Assembly (NCBI GenBank): GCA_951406725.2
Contig: OX597817.1
Span: 22,444,001 to 22,508,000, forward strand
Source of the DNA: Octopus vulgaris
Lineage: Eukaryota
Length of the DNA: 64,000 nt
Reading direction: 5' to 3'
This document shows positions 26,685 to 40,300 of the stretch, piece after piece. Position 1 is the stretch's first letter. Every line of letters begins with the position of its first letter. The translations under genes and the position numbers were made by a program. The notes beneath the pieces are model-generated. The model ran no database searches. It worked only from the letters and a program-made list of their open reading frames with translations, and was not told the origin of the DNA.

Positions 26685-29422
26685 CACACATATGTATATA
26701 TATATGTATGCACATATTTATATATACACACACATATATATAAATGTTTATATATATGTGTGTGTGTGTGTATAAATAATATAGTGCAATATATAACATA
26801 ATGGCTGTATTAGTGTGTGAGAGAGACCATGCTTACATATAAATATACATATATCTTTGAGATTCTATATTTGAACAGATAGCTATATGCTCATACACCG
26901 ACACAAACACACACACACACACAGAACAAAGTGACACAGACTACGTATAGAAAATGAATTCATTGAAATTAAACACTCAACCATGAAAATTCCTTTATGT
27001 TGCGATGCTTTGAGGCAAGATATGGAAATTTATGGAAGTTCCTGAAGAGTGAGGATAACAAATGGACAATTTCTTCTTTGCAAACAAGCAAAGAAGAAAT
27101 AACATAGAAGGTAGAAATGATTCTTTTGTTAAGACGTCGCACAATATCAGTTATGCATATTCTTATTAGCATGTGTATAGTATGGTTTAGTTGACATATA
27201 ATACTGATGTCATGCAATGTTGTATGAATTCACAACTTACTGACACCAGTGTAGACTTTAAATATAATTCTGGTGAGTTAGCAGTGATAAAATGTTTTCC
27301 AAATTAGTTCTGAAGCTCTAGGAGTAAAGTAATATTATGTATTTATTTGTTGTCTGTGGTTTTCTCTTGTATAGTCAGAACTACAGAGATTTTAACATTC
27401 TAAAGAACTAAATGAAGTTGACAGTGGCAAATTTGAATTTGAATAAAATTATTAATCCTCTGAGTGCTGATGCAAGTATTTCTAATGTGGTCTACAAATA
27501 ATATCAAAGGAAATGCAAGCTCTTGATGACACTATTTCAATACCTGGTTGTGCCTCTTTCAGTTTTGCATATCTACTAAACACGAGAAAGTCATGAACAT
27601 CATGTAATCCTGTTGAAAACATGTTGATCATAATGTGTCTATTTAGGTGCTTTATTACAGATACATATGATTTTGTTAATTCAAATACAGTCAGTGCTAT
27701 CATTTGATTTTCATTTTTCCTAGATCAATAAAACGTGTACCAATAATAAACTGTGGTTAACTCATTCAAGGGCACCTTTACTATTATAAAATTTGTCCTA
27801 GTACCTTACCATCTTGTAGTAATATGTTCATTTTACTGAATTTAGTAATTTTTCTTTTGTTGTTGATTAGCCCAGTTGAATAATTGAATTGAAATCATTA
27901 ATGTCCTATGTTCTGAACATGCTCATTAAAAGAAAATTTGCTTAATTTTATATAAAATTTTAACCTAGAATTTAGAACTTAGTTAAAACTTAGATATGTT
28001 TCGACCAAAGATTGGTCCAGGCCATGTCTAACTTAATAGCACCACCTGATAGGATTATTCGAATCCTGTTTAAGTCAAGTTTTGTTTATGGTCCATTCAA
28101 GTAGTGAGTTCTTGTTGGCTGAGTTGTATCCAATTATGGGTGGCTTATCTGGTATTCTTTGAAGGAATCTATCCAGACTCCAAGTTACTAATTCAGTTTA
28201 GTCCTGTGTTTTTCAAGGTGAGGCCCACATCACACCATGGCAGTATTTCAGTGGTATGTGGAACTTCAGAACATGATGTAAATAACAAGTTTAATAAAAC
28301 TGGAAATAATGCTTTAGTTAAAACACTTTCTGAATATAAATATGCTATATACTTTGTTCATTTAGTGTAGGGTGCTTGAAATAAGTCACAGAAAAAGAAA
28401 GAAAAAAACCCCAAAAGTTTGAGAAACACTGCTTTAGCCATTGGAATTTATCCTTGAAGTAAGAAGTCATGATCAATGACTTCTTACTTACATTAGTAGT
28501 AAAGGTTCTGCTGACCCATCAGCAATTTTTGTTAAGTCACTTGTTTCCTTTGTTTGATACAAAACAGTCACTTTTTTCTAGAATAGACAATGGCTAAGAA
28601 ACTAATATCCAAATTAATTATAAAATATACTGTACTGAATAAAAGTCAATAATTTGTTTTCGTTTTGGGATCCTCTTTCTAATTTCCAAGTTACCTTCAA
28701 CTTTCAATTAAGAGAGATATCAACAGCCCACTGTTTTGCAATATTGGTGAAGTTTTATTACACATTTAACATTACAACTTTAATCTTAATGCCATGAATA
28801 GAAGTGTTATGTTACTTTTATGTATCTGAGGAAATTAATTTTTGGAAACATAGTAGCAGAAGAGAGAATAAAAGACCTGGAAATTGATTATTATTTTATA
28901 TAAAAACATAAACAGACTAGAAATTTTAAAGATGGTTGGGTTCTTATCTGATTAAATTTAGTGTAGCTTAAAGTTGAACAACAGAGAATGTGTGAACATC
29001 AGCAGTATAATAATACAAAATGTCACAACGTCCTCAATAAAGATATAGCTTACAAAATGTCGAGAGTTGTCAAGTTTTTCAAATGCTTCTTCAGCCTGAA
29101 GTAAATATGTACATAAAAACAGACAATTCAAATACTACGACCATTGGTGAACATACAGAGTAATTATAGTAGGTTAAATTATCAAGGAAGGAAAATTATC
29201 TGGAAGTTCACAATTATTGTCCTGACTTTTGCAACCATATCAGTGACTGTCTTATACCAGCAATATCTGTTTGATTGCTTGATATTACTCTGCCTGAGAG
29301 CTAGTGTAAAGTTACAAGCTGAAAGTTCAAGATGAAGTCAATGGTTAAGGGGAACCATTGAATAAACCATTTATAGAAACTTTTGAAATCATGCCTTTCT
29401 CCAGAGTTATCCAAATTTTATA

Positions 29423-29660
29423 TATTTCTCTACTACCCACAAGGGGCTAAGCATAGAGGGGACAAACAAGGACAGACAAAGGCATTAAGTCGATTACATC
29501 GACCCCAGTGCAAAACTGGTACTTTATTTATCGACCCTGAAAGGATGAAAGGCAAAGTTGACCTTGGCGGAATTTGAGCACAGAACATAATGACAGATGA
29601 AATACCGCTAAGCATTTCGCCTAGTGCGCTAACGTTTCTGCCAGCTAACGTTTCTGCCTT
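29423..29660 (-). mobile_element. SINE family A with TSD
   Basis: Full copy flanked by the direct repeat AGTTATCCAAA. Confidence 0.9.
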
Positions 29661-31061
29661 AGTTATCCAAACTTTATAATTCCCAAGAACACACAGAATG
29701 GCATAATATCATTACTCTATCAAGGTTAATTAATTATCAAGTAAGAACAATTAATTAAGTTCAGTCACTTGATTTATAATGGAGTTTCAAACAACTCTAC
29801 TAAAGTCAATTTTTAAACTGACTTGAATAAAGACTTTTGTTTTTTTTCTAACTCAGAATAAGTGGGAGAACATTAGGGTTTCAATTAAAAACACGATTGT
29901 TACATCACAACAGACCATGAGATATGTATCCCAGCATTCTATGTTGCATCAGATATGCAGAATCAAAGATTTATCAAGGCGTATTAAAAGTGTTACACCT
30001 CTGCGGATATTTTAAGATATTAACTATTCTACTCAGAAGCACTCAGTGATTTGCATACCTCAATAACCACAGTTATGATATATTTGTGCATTTGTATGTA
30101 TATGTTTGTGTGTGTGTGTGTGTGTGTGTGCATGCATGTGTATAGCATAGGTTATCTAGAAAAAGGCTAAAACATTATTGAACCACATTTAGATCTCAAG
30201 AAAGTGAACCTTATTAATCACAGTTGCACTGTGATTACCATCTGACATTTAAAACGAAAGTAATTCCCACCTCTGTGTCCTTAGGAAATATTAACAAACA
30301 TAGCCTGCCACCACCTCTGATAACTAATCCATTAGCATATACTTCTGTTTTTTACTTTAAACACTTACTTCTTCATTTACAGCATTTTATTTTTTTATAT
30401 ATATATAACATCTTTGTATTCTCGTAGCTTTTGTTGTTTCTCCTGAACTATTGGAGCAGTTATTTTTATAACTTTTATCAACCTATGAAGTAGGACTTGT
30501 GTGTATTTTCCACCTAAGTAGACTGAAACAAGTAGTCTATTTGATATTGTACAAAGAATTGAATTCATTGATGTTAGGAGGATTTTCTTTAATGATATTT
30601 ACAGAAGCAGTCCAGCCTTCAGAACAATTCAATCACCATGTGTACAGAAAAGAAATTTCTTTTACACAGAATCGTTTTACTAAGCTTTCAATACAGCACC
30701 ATCTTTTGTTTCTTTCACTGTAATCCTCTTGTTTCTTACCTTCAACACTTTCATTGACTGTCTAAATCTATTTCAGTGAAAAACATCCTCAATGTAAATT
30801 TGTAATTTGATATTATATAACATCAATATATTATTATTTGCTTTAACATTGTTGGAGCAGCTATAAAAGACTGCAAGCAAGAAGGTAAATGGTTCAGTCA
30901 CTACACCGGTATGATTTTGTGTCCATGGCCAAGACAAGACCCTCAGTGCTAAAGGCAGAGAATTCACAATACTTGAAGTAGTGTCAACTACAGTGGACTA
31001 CTGATCTCTGTTTGTTGAATGACTCCCTGCTGATTGTTCCTCTGGCTGAACTGCTGTACAA

Positions 31062-31282
31062 CCCTTTTATTACCAACCCGGCTGAAACCGGCTCTGGCTC
31101 TGTTGTTCAAATGTCTTGTTTTCTTAAGGTTTCAATTAAAATCTTCCACCAAACCTTAGTCACAATTTATGTTCCTAATACAAACTGAATGATAACTAAG
31201 TTATTTTACTAAATTCTTTGTTATATTTAAAGTAATTGAAAGAAACACAGAACATCTCAAAATAAATACAGTAATGAAAGGG
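31062..31282. mobile_element. piggyBac-type MITE
   Basis: Homologous to 1037-1256. The TTAA sites are mutated. Confidence 0.8.
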
Positions 31283-31937
31283 ATAAAAACCAAGATCAGG
31301 ATTACCGACTTACCCCTACTATTTTGTAACTATTGCTGGCCAAACAGTTTGGTTCTTCCAGCAGCCATGAATATATATGTAGCTTCTTCCATACACTAGG
31401 ATTAAGCTTATTCAAAAGTGGCCAAACTTGCCTTGCCACAAACTCATTATTGGAATTGAGAGTTTTCATGAACCAATTGTGTCACCTGCTGACACTTCTC
31501 CTCAGAGTAAACCTTCAGCTGTTGGCCTTTGTCAGCTTATTTGATTGTGACCTTTTGAAGCTAATCCTCATATTTGAAAGCAACTCTATTTGCCAACTGC
31601 GGATGTGCTCCGCCATCAGTCAATTCCAGTTCTTATAGTGAGATACTCAAGAAAGGGGCAAGCTGATTCTAAATTGTTATCGGAGGTAAATTTTATAGCT
31701 GTAATTAACAGAAATCAAAAGAACTATTTGACTTACAAGGTGTATTATTAGCTTACAGTGCTGAGTTAATGTTCAATAAACCTGAAAAGGTAATATCAAG
31801 TCTTCAGATTAGAGTTTCTTTTCAATTCAATCTGACTTGAGAAATGCTATGACTGATATTTGTCTTTGTTATGTGTTGTTTGTGAGTACAGCAACTCATT
31901 CTATATTTATTCTTTCTAAGCATCCAAGTTATTTTGT

Positions 31938-32164
31938 TACTCTTTTACTCTTTTACTTGTTTCAGTCATTTGACTGCGGCCATGTTGGAGCACCGCCTTT
32001 AGTCGAGCAAACTGACCCCGGGACGTATTCTTTGTAAGCCTAGTACTTATTCTATCAGTCTCTTTTTGCCGAACTGCTAAGTGACAGGACATAAACACAC
32101 CAGCATCGGTTGTCAAGCAATGCTAGGGGGACAAACACAGACACACAAACATACACACAAACGC

Positions 32165-32195
<31 letters not shown>

Positions 32196-32322
32196 TATTA
32201 GAGACAAAACCACTATTTTGCAAAACGTCTCTAATAATATTTTATAATATTTTACTATAAAATTGGATTTAATCCTAAATCTGATTTTTTTCCCTGTAAA
32301 GTTGGATTTATTCCCTAATATT

Positions 32323-32365
<43 letters not shown>

Positions 32366-32531
32366 TACGATGGTCTTCTTTCAGTTTCCGTCTACCAAAT
32401 CAACTCACAAGGCTTTGGTCGGCCTGAGGCTATAGTGCGAGACACTTGCCCAAGATGCCACGCAGTGGGACTGAACCTGGAACCATGTGGTTGGTAAGCA
32501 AGCTACTTACCACACGGCCACTCCTGCGCCT
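31938..32531 (-). mobile_element. SINE family B carrying the mini-PLE insertion
   Basis: Family B tail and head flank (TA)n-insert-(TA)n. Confidence 0.9.
32186..32327 (+). mobile_element. Miniature fold-back insertion of the same PLE terminus
   Basis: 32186-32226 equals the outer start of the left arm (37380-37420). 32227-32327 is the reverse complement of 37300-37399, including the tail. It sits in the (TA)n of a family B SINE. Confidence 0.9.
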
Positions 32532-32739
32532 ATGTTGAAGAATTGTGCTGTTGTGAAGAATTGTGAAGAAACTTCATACTGTGGAGACGAGTGTACCGAA
32601 AGCATTTAAGTTAGGCTAAGGTAGGTTGGAAAATATTCAGTATAGTATTATCTTTGCTGATGCAAAAGAATTATTTCTCTTTTAGAGTGAAAGGGAGAGT
32701 GTACGTTGCTTTTAAAGGAAGTATGATGCTGCAGTAGAG

Positions 32740-33140
32740 AAACGTGAGCTTTGAATGCAGAAGATTTGTGAGGAGTAGAAAGAAATGAAACAAACATGCT
32801 CTGTTGAGTGTGTAATGTTTGTGTGCCTGAATGAGAGAAGAGAAGTGAACGAAGAGAAAATCTGTGTATAAGAGGAATCCGATGTAGTGTTCAAGAGAGA
32901 CAACTACGATGGTACAGGCATGGCATGTGATGTATATGGAGGGCGTTAGTTGTATTAGAAGCCAAGCACTCAAAATGAATGAAACCAGTGGAAGAAGTCA
33001 ACTAGAAGAAATGGAATGAAGTAATGAAGACAGATCTAAAGATGCTGTACCACAAGAAGTAGAGGCCAAGGACTAAGACACATAGGGACGTGCAGTACTG
33101 AAGGAAACCTAATCATTCATGCAAGCATGGAAAAACATAC
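32740..33140 (+). pseudogene. Decayed RTE LINE 3' fragment
   Basis: Diverged match to 3700-3990 (AGAAATGA..ATGCT..GTGTAATGT..GGCATGTGATG.ATATGGA). Confidence 0.6.
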
Positions 33141-33402
33141 ATAAATATATTAGAAGTGAGGGAGGCTTGGATGTATAATATATATTTACATCTCGGTTTC
33201 TTGCAAATTATTTTTCTGTTAAGTCTCTGTTACTACCCTCTCTTCATTATTCACTCACTGTCTCTTTCTCTCCTGTTCATTGTACCATGCAGCCTGTGTA
33301 TTGATGAATGACATTGGATTTGTATGTCTCCACTCTCGTTAATGTACCTCCCTCTGATCATAATACCTGCCAAATAATGGCTGGTATTGGATCTCTCTTT
33401 AA

Positions 33403-33624
33403 CCCTTTTGATACCAACCTGGCAAAAACCGCCTCTGGCTCTGTAGTACAAATGTCTTGTTTTCATAAGTATTGAATTGAAATCTTCTACCAAACCTTAG
33501 ACACAATTTATGTCCCCAACTCTAACTTAATGATAACTAAGTTATTTTACTAAATTCTTTATTAGATTTAAAATTAATTGAATGAAATACAGAGCATCTC
33601 AAAATAAATACGGTAATGAAAGGG
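33403..33624. mobile_element. piggyBac-type MITE
   Basis: TTAA|CCCTTTTGATACC...GGTAATGAAAGGG|TTAA. Confidence 0.85.
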
Positions 33625-33779
33625 TTAATGAATTTACCCCATCTTCAGCATTCTGTACTGCTAACTATAACTCCACCTCTCCCAGCTCCTGCTAGCTATC
33701 ACTCCATCTATCTCACCTGCCTTGCAATTGACACCAATCAGTCTTTCTCTTGCAATCATCTTTTTTTACTATCATCCAT

Positions 33780-33978
33780 AGTGCCGGTGGCATGTAAAAA
33801 ACACCCACTACACCCATGGAGTGGTTGGCGTTAGGAAGGGCATCCAGCTGTAGAAACACTGCCAGATCAGACTGGAGCCTGGTGCAGCCCCTGGCTTCCC
33901 AGAACCCGGTCGAACCATCCAACCCGTACTAGCACGGAAAACGGACTTTAAACGATGATGATGATGATGATGATGATC
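33780..33978 (+). mobile_element. Family C 3' end
   Basis: Family C body and (GAT)n tail. Confidence 0.85.
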
Positions 33979-35069
33979 CATGTGTGCTCTCTCTTGCACA
34001 TCATTACCCATATTGTTATCCATTGCTCTCTCACATTACATCCCACCTAAGTCTCATTGTTGAAATACTCTCTTGCACCACACAATCACATTTCAAATAC
34101 TTTCTTTACCACTACCTCCCAACCTTTCTTTCTTTTTCATTCTCTCTTCCCCATTATGCTACCCACGTTGTATTTTTCTTCACTCTCATTAGTCAATGAA
34201 AATGGTGTAGCTGTAATTATTGTGTCTCTTCTAATACACCCTCCCCTTGCACTCTCATTCCTACTGTGATGTTTCTTCAACCATGCTCTCATTCTTACTA
34301 TTTCATTGCTATACTTCTGTCTCTGAGCTCTCTTCAATTAATCCTCTTGGTCTTGTCTTAAATGAAGAGAGAGAAGATAGAGTGTATATACAGACATTCA
34401 TACTCAAAAAGGATTATGTTCAATGACAAATATGGAAGGCAGTGTACTGATTTGGTTGGACCTTTTAGGCTTTAATGAAAGTATGTAAAAAAACGAGGTG
34501 GATAATAATGTATTTTCACTAAGTAAGTCAAAGAATGTAAGAACCTTTACATCATAATTATAGTCTCTTAAAGATAAGTAAGATGGATAATGTTTTAATA
34601 TCTTTCGATTAATTTCATTAGGAACAAATTGGCTGGGATAGAAGGAAACAGTATTTTGTTCCAATGGTGCACAAGCCAGAAAGTGCCCTAGATTATTAAG
34701 GGTGTGTGTGTGTAAGAAAAATATGGCTGCATGGTTAAGAAACTCATTATGTACCCATGTGCTTTCAGGTTTAATCACTCTCTGTGGAAAATAGAATAAG
34801 TGTCTTATACTATAACTTTAGACTAAACAATGTTTTGTGAGTAAATTTAGAAGATGGAAACTGCGTGGCAGCCTGTTGTGTATATGTATGTGTGTGATTA
34901 TGTGAGCATGTATGTTTTTTGTGTGTGTGTATGAGTGTGTTTTTATGTTTGTTGGCCTCCCCACTGACTGGTGTTGGTTTGTTTACATCCCTGTAATTTA
35001 GCAGTTCAAGAAGAGAGAGAAATACAGTAAGTGCTAGCATTACAAATAAGTCCTGTTATCAATTTGTTT

Positions 35070-35505
35070 AACTAAAAAGCACCAATCAATTGTGGCCGTT
35101 TCCAGCCTGCCCTGGCACCTGTGCCGGTGGCACATAAAAAGCACCATCCATATGTGGCCGATGCCAGTGCTGCCTTGACTGGATTCTGTGCCGGTGGCAC
35201 ATAAAAAGCACCATCTGATCGTGGCCATTGCCAGCCTCCTCTGGCACCTGTGCCGGTGGCATGTAAAAAGCACCAACTGATTGTGGCTGTTGCCAGCCTC
35301 CCCTGGCACCTGTGCCGGTGGCACGTAAAAAGCACCCACTACACTCACGGAGTGGTTTGTGTTAGGAAGGGCATCCAGCTGTAGAAACACTGCCAGATCA
35401 GACTGGAGCCTGGTGCAGTCTCCTGGCTTCCCAGACCCTGGTCGAACCGTCCAACCCATGCTAGCATGGAAAACGGACGTTAAACGGATGATGATGATGA
35501 TGGCG
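35070..35505 (+). mobile_element. Family C element with ~60 bp tandem repeats, nested in an old family B-like SINE (34760-35580)
   Basis: Repeated CTGTGCCGGTGGCA..TAAAAAGCACC units. The host SINE tail CCAGCATGGCCACAG...GACTGAAAC resumes at ~35530. Confidence 0.8.
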
Positions 35506-36218
35506 ATGAAATAATCCTTCAAGGCAACTACTCCAGCATGGCCACAGCCTAATGACTGAAACAAATAAAAGAAGTAAGATGAAGTTATTAAAGAGGATGC
35601 TGAGGACATATCTTACACATGAGATGACAAACATCAGAACCAAGTTGCGATATGTAAATATGGTGGAACCATCCAGAATAATCTAGCATATAGAATTGCA
35701 TGTTATAACATTTGATAATATCGATGATTATGATGACACTATTTATACATACGTAAACAGGCAATTTCATATACTCTTATACAAAATTACCCTCACCTCA
35801 CAAACTGACACGCATATGAATATGCAGACACAAACTCCTGCACAAACTTCTGTTTTGGAAGATGTATGATAAGTAAAACTAGAAAATACTACAAAAGAAA
35901 AATGATAAGAGATTGATTTCCGATGTTTACAAAGTTGTTATAGACAGATTTGATTTTTCTTTCTAGTTATTCTTTTTTTTCTTTTTTTTTTTTCAGACAA
36001 TAGGACTAATGAAGCACTAATAGGAATTATGGAAAGAGGAAGACAATTCTAAAGCCAATTGTCTGTGCACTTTTATTCCTATATTTCCGGAAGCTTTATT
36101 ATTATAAATATATATTGTATTTGGCAAAGCATTCAACATATGTGAATATATATGTATGATAATGATGATGATGATGATGATGATAATGATGATGCTGATA
36201 ATGATGATGATGATGATG

Positions 36219-36252
<34 letters not shown>

Positions 36253-36928
36253 TGTGTGTGTGTGTAAAATCAATTATGTATATATATATATGCTATAGAT
36301 TAAGTATATCTTTGTTATAGATTAGGCATTATATGTATATATACCTGTATAAATGTATATAAATGTGTGTGTTTCTGTATATTCTCCTTTATATAACTCA
36401 TAAACACAGACACACACACACAAATATATATATATACACACACATATATATATGCATGTATGTATGTATGTATGTATGTATGTTTGTAATTGTTCCTTGA
36501 TACAAGCTTGGCCGTGTGGTTAAGCAGCTTGCTTCACAACAACATGGTTTTGGGGTTCACTACCATATTGTGGCTCCATTGTCAAATGTCATCTTCTATG
36601 GTCTCAAGTGAAACAAAGACACACACATACACATATATACACAGAAGGCTGCTACACAGTTTCTATCTACTAAATTCACTCACAAAACATTGGTTAGATT
36701 GAGGCTATAGTATAAGACACTTATATTGCATTTCATATAGTTGGATTGAACCTGATAGTACATGGGTGCTTAAAGAGCTTCTTAACCATACAGCCATGCC
36801 TTTCTTGCACACATATCCTTCCTGAATAGTCTAGGGTGCTTTCTTGCTTAAACTCATCATTTTGGTTGATGAAAACCTGTATGTGTGTATATATATATAT
36901 TATACGTATATATATATATATATATATA

Positions 36929-37198
36929 CGTATAATAGGGATAACCACTAAGTGGACATCCAATATGCTAGAAGAAGATCACTTATGAAAAGAATGTTCT
37001 CTTGAGAACATTATTTTTTGTAGTTAGATTGTAAGTGATCTTCCTCTACCATATTGGATGTCCACTTAGTGGTTATCCCTATTATACGCATGTATAGAAA
37101 TTTTTCTGAATTTTCAGATTTTTCTGTATGCTAGGCTACTGGTTTTAAATTGATGTTAATTAAATCAATATTCAATTTATCACCCTCATTATTTAAAT
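36929..37198 (+). mobile_element. Hairpin-plus-tail insertion in (TA)n, second family (probable PLE terminus)
   Basis: Inverted arms at 36929-36985 and 37032-37088, followed by a ~110 bp unpaired tail homologous to 48558-48672. (TA)n on both sides. Confidence 0.7.
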
Positions 37199-37226
37199 AT
37201 ATATATGTATATATATATGTATATAT

Positions 37227-37302
<76 letters not shown>

Positions 37303-37379
37303 TAAATATTAGGGAATAAATCCAAATTTACAGGGAAAAAATCAGATTTAGGATTAAATCCAATTTTATAGTAAAATAT

Positions 37380-40300
37380 TATAAAATATTATTAGAGACA
37401 AAACCACTATTTTGCAAAACAAACAAGGAAAGACTTAATCAATACATAAAATTTTAATAAATAGTCAAAAAAACCGCCACTACAATTGTTTCTTGTCTTG
37501 ATCGACAATCTTCAGGTGGACTTCCAATCTAAAATATCAATATTTTAAAATATAAAAATAATAATTTTAAAATAATTAAAGTATGAATGAAAAAATATAA
37601 ATATATAATCCATATATAATCAATATATAAACAATATATAAACTAAAATAAACCTATCAACAATTAAATATAAAATATAAAATATAAAATATAAAATATA
37701 AAACAAAACAAAAAAATAATAATATAATAATAAACTATATATACACCCATACACATATACCTAATTATATATAACCATATCTAACTACATACACTAAATC
37801 ACACACCTATATATATATCCCTATACATACACATAAAAACGTCTAGGCAACTATAAATAAATAAAATAGCTAAATACTTCAACACAATACTTATTCATAC
37901 TCCCACACACACACACATACAACCCACATTCACGCTCTAGAAAACGGACATCACTTAAAATTATGAACGGAGAAATGGAATAAATGGAATTAAAAATTAT
38001 ATTCACTTGGTAAAACGAACACTACTTAAAAATTATGAATGAAACAATGCAATAAAACAACAGACATCGCAAATAGACACAAATTACTACGAATTCCTTA
38101 ACAAACCTACCATGATAAACCAAAACTCATAAAAACATATAATGATAACATCTCCCTTTACTAAACTCTATAACATACCTATATAGCAATCCCCCTAACC
38201 TAAACATTCACACACAAATACACACACATAAACCACACACCCACGACATATACAAATACCCACACCACTTACACATACCTATACATACATATAAACCTCA
38301 ACATATACTCCAAAAACCCACTCAACCCCACACAGACAAATAAACACAAAAATTATGAATGGATTCTTTTATAAAACTACCATGATAAGCTAAAACTCAA
38401 AAAACATAAATGATAAAACCTCCCTTTACTAAACACTATAACATACTTATATAGCAATCCCTTTAACCTATACATTCACACACAAATACACACACGTAAA
38501 CCACACACCCATAACAAATACAAACACCCACCCCACTCACACACACCCACAAGTACATATAAGCCTCAACATATACACCAAACAAAATTACTTTACCAAG
38601 GAACTTAACATATGTATAAAAAATATATAACCGCTCTGGAAACGAACATCTTCAAAATAATGAATGGAGAAATGGAATAAATGGAATTAAAAATAATATT
38701 CACGTGGCAAAACGAACACCACTCAAAAATTATGAATGAAACAATGTAATAAAACAACCAACATCGAAAATAGACAAATTACCACGAATTCCCTAAAAAA
38801 AAACATGATAAACCAGAACTCTTAAAAACATATAACGATAAAATCTCCCTTTGCTAAACTCTATAACAAACCTATATAGCAATCCCCCTAACCTAAACAT
38901 TCACACACAAAAAAACACACACGTAAACCACAGACCCACAACTTATACACATACCTATACTAACTTATAAACCTCAATATACACCAAAAACCCACTCCCT
39001 CCCCACACAGACAAATTAACACATACATCCCAAAACCTAAATAATAAACCCATATACACATTCACACACAAACACACACACACGCAAAACACACACACAC
39101 AACAGATACATATACTCCCTCAATATACGCATATACATACTCACTAAACTCGATATATACAACAATATTTACACACCCACACTCATACAGATATATAAAT
39201 TATACAACTAAAAAGTCACACACAATCTCATATACATAAACACTCCAATAAAAAACAACATTAAATACATCGTAATTAACCAGAATATCAAAAATAACAA
39301 TATGACATAAGGAGAAATAAAATACATACTTACAAGTCAGTTTCAAATTATGAAGTGAAATTAAATTCTTAGCCGTTAAAAAAATCAAACCAAAATTACG
39401 TTACCATAGAAATATAACTTATGTAAAAAAAGAATACGTGCCATGGAAAGTAAACGTCATTTAAAATTATGAATGGAGAAATAAAATAAATGGAACTAAA
39501 AACTATATCCACGTGGCAAACCATCACTACTTAAAAAAATTTTATTATGAATGGATTCTTTAATAAAACTACCATAATAATAAATTATTATATACATTTA
39601 TGAGCTTTAGCTCATCTTAGCAGCTCTAACAAACAACTTGCAGTAACCCAAATCTATTCTCGATGCCTGCCTTACTACTACACTATTCCATTCCCAATTC
39701 CAAGCAACGCTAGCCCACCACCCGGTTACAATTCCCAACTCCACCCATTCATTCACAATTTCAACGACGTTCACCTCCACAGCTCTACATATAAGCCTCA
39801 ACATATACTCCGGAGATTCGCTTTCACATCCGTGCGGATGGGTGAGAGTATACATTAAGTGTAGTGATGGGGCTCCCATTACTATACACATTTGTACCTG
39901 TGTGGTAGTCTCCATGTGTATATTCACGCACGGGTATAAATGCAGGGGGTACACGCGCACGGCATGTACGTGTACCCTCACATGTACATATGCATGCTAG
40001 TTTGGCTCGATATGTGCAACAATGTAATCGCGCCCGCATACATGCATATGGGCGAGTTGCACAATCAAAATACGCACACGTGTGTGTGCGTTCCCTGGTT
40101 GTGCAATTCACCCATCTGGGTGTGAGTGGGTGTATGCGTATTGCTGTGGATGTCGAGCTTAATACGTATGTATATGAGTGTGTATTGGGGGGTTGTACGT
40201 ATTTATTGTGTGCATGTGCTTCACGCACGTGCGTCCATGTATGGATGAATATATTGGGATTGCTATGTGGGTGTAAATTGGGTATGGAGGGGGGAGTTTT

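Noticed and set aside
31310-31710. Coding-looking minus-strand block bounded by AG/GTAAGT
   Set aside because: The frames I translated contain stops and no recognisable homology, so it cannot be supported as a CDS.
35070-35340. CRISPR-like repeat-spacer pattern (also at 12010-12230)
   Set aside because: The spacers are themselves homologous. These are ~60 bp tandem units inside a eukaryotic retroelement, with no cas genes.
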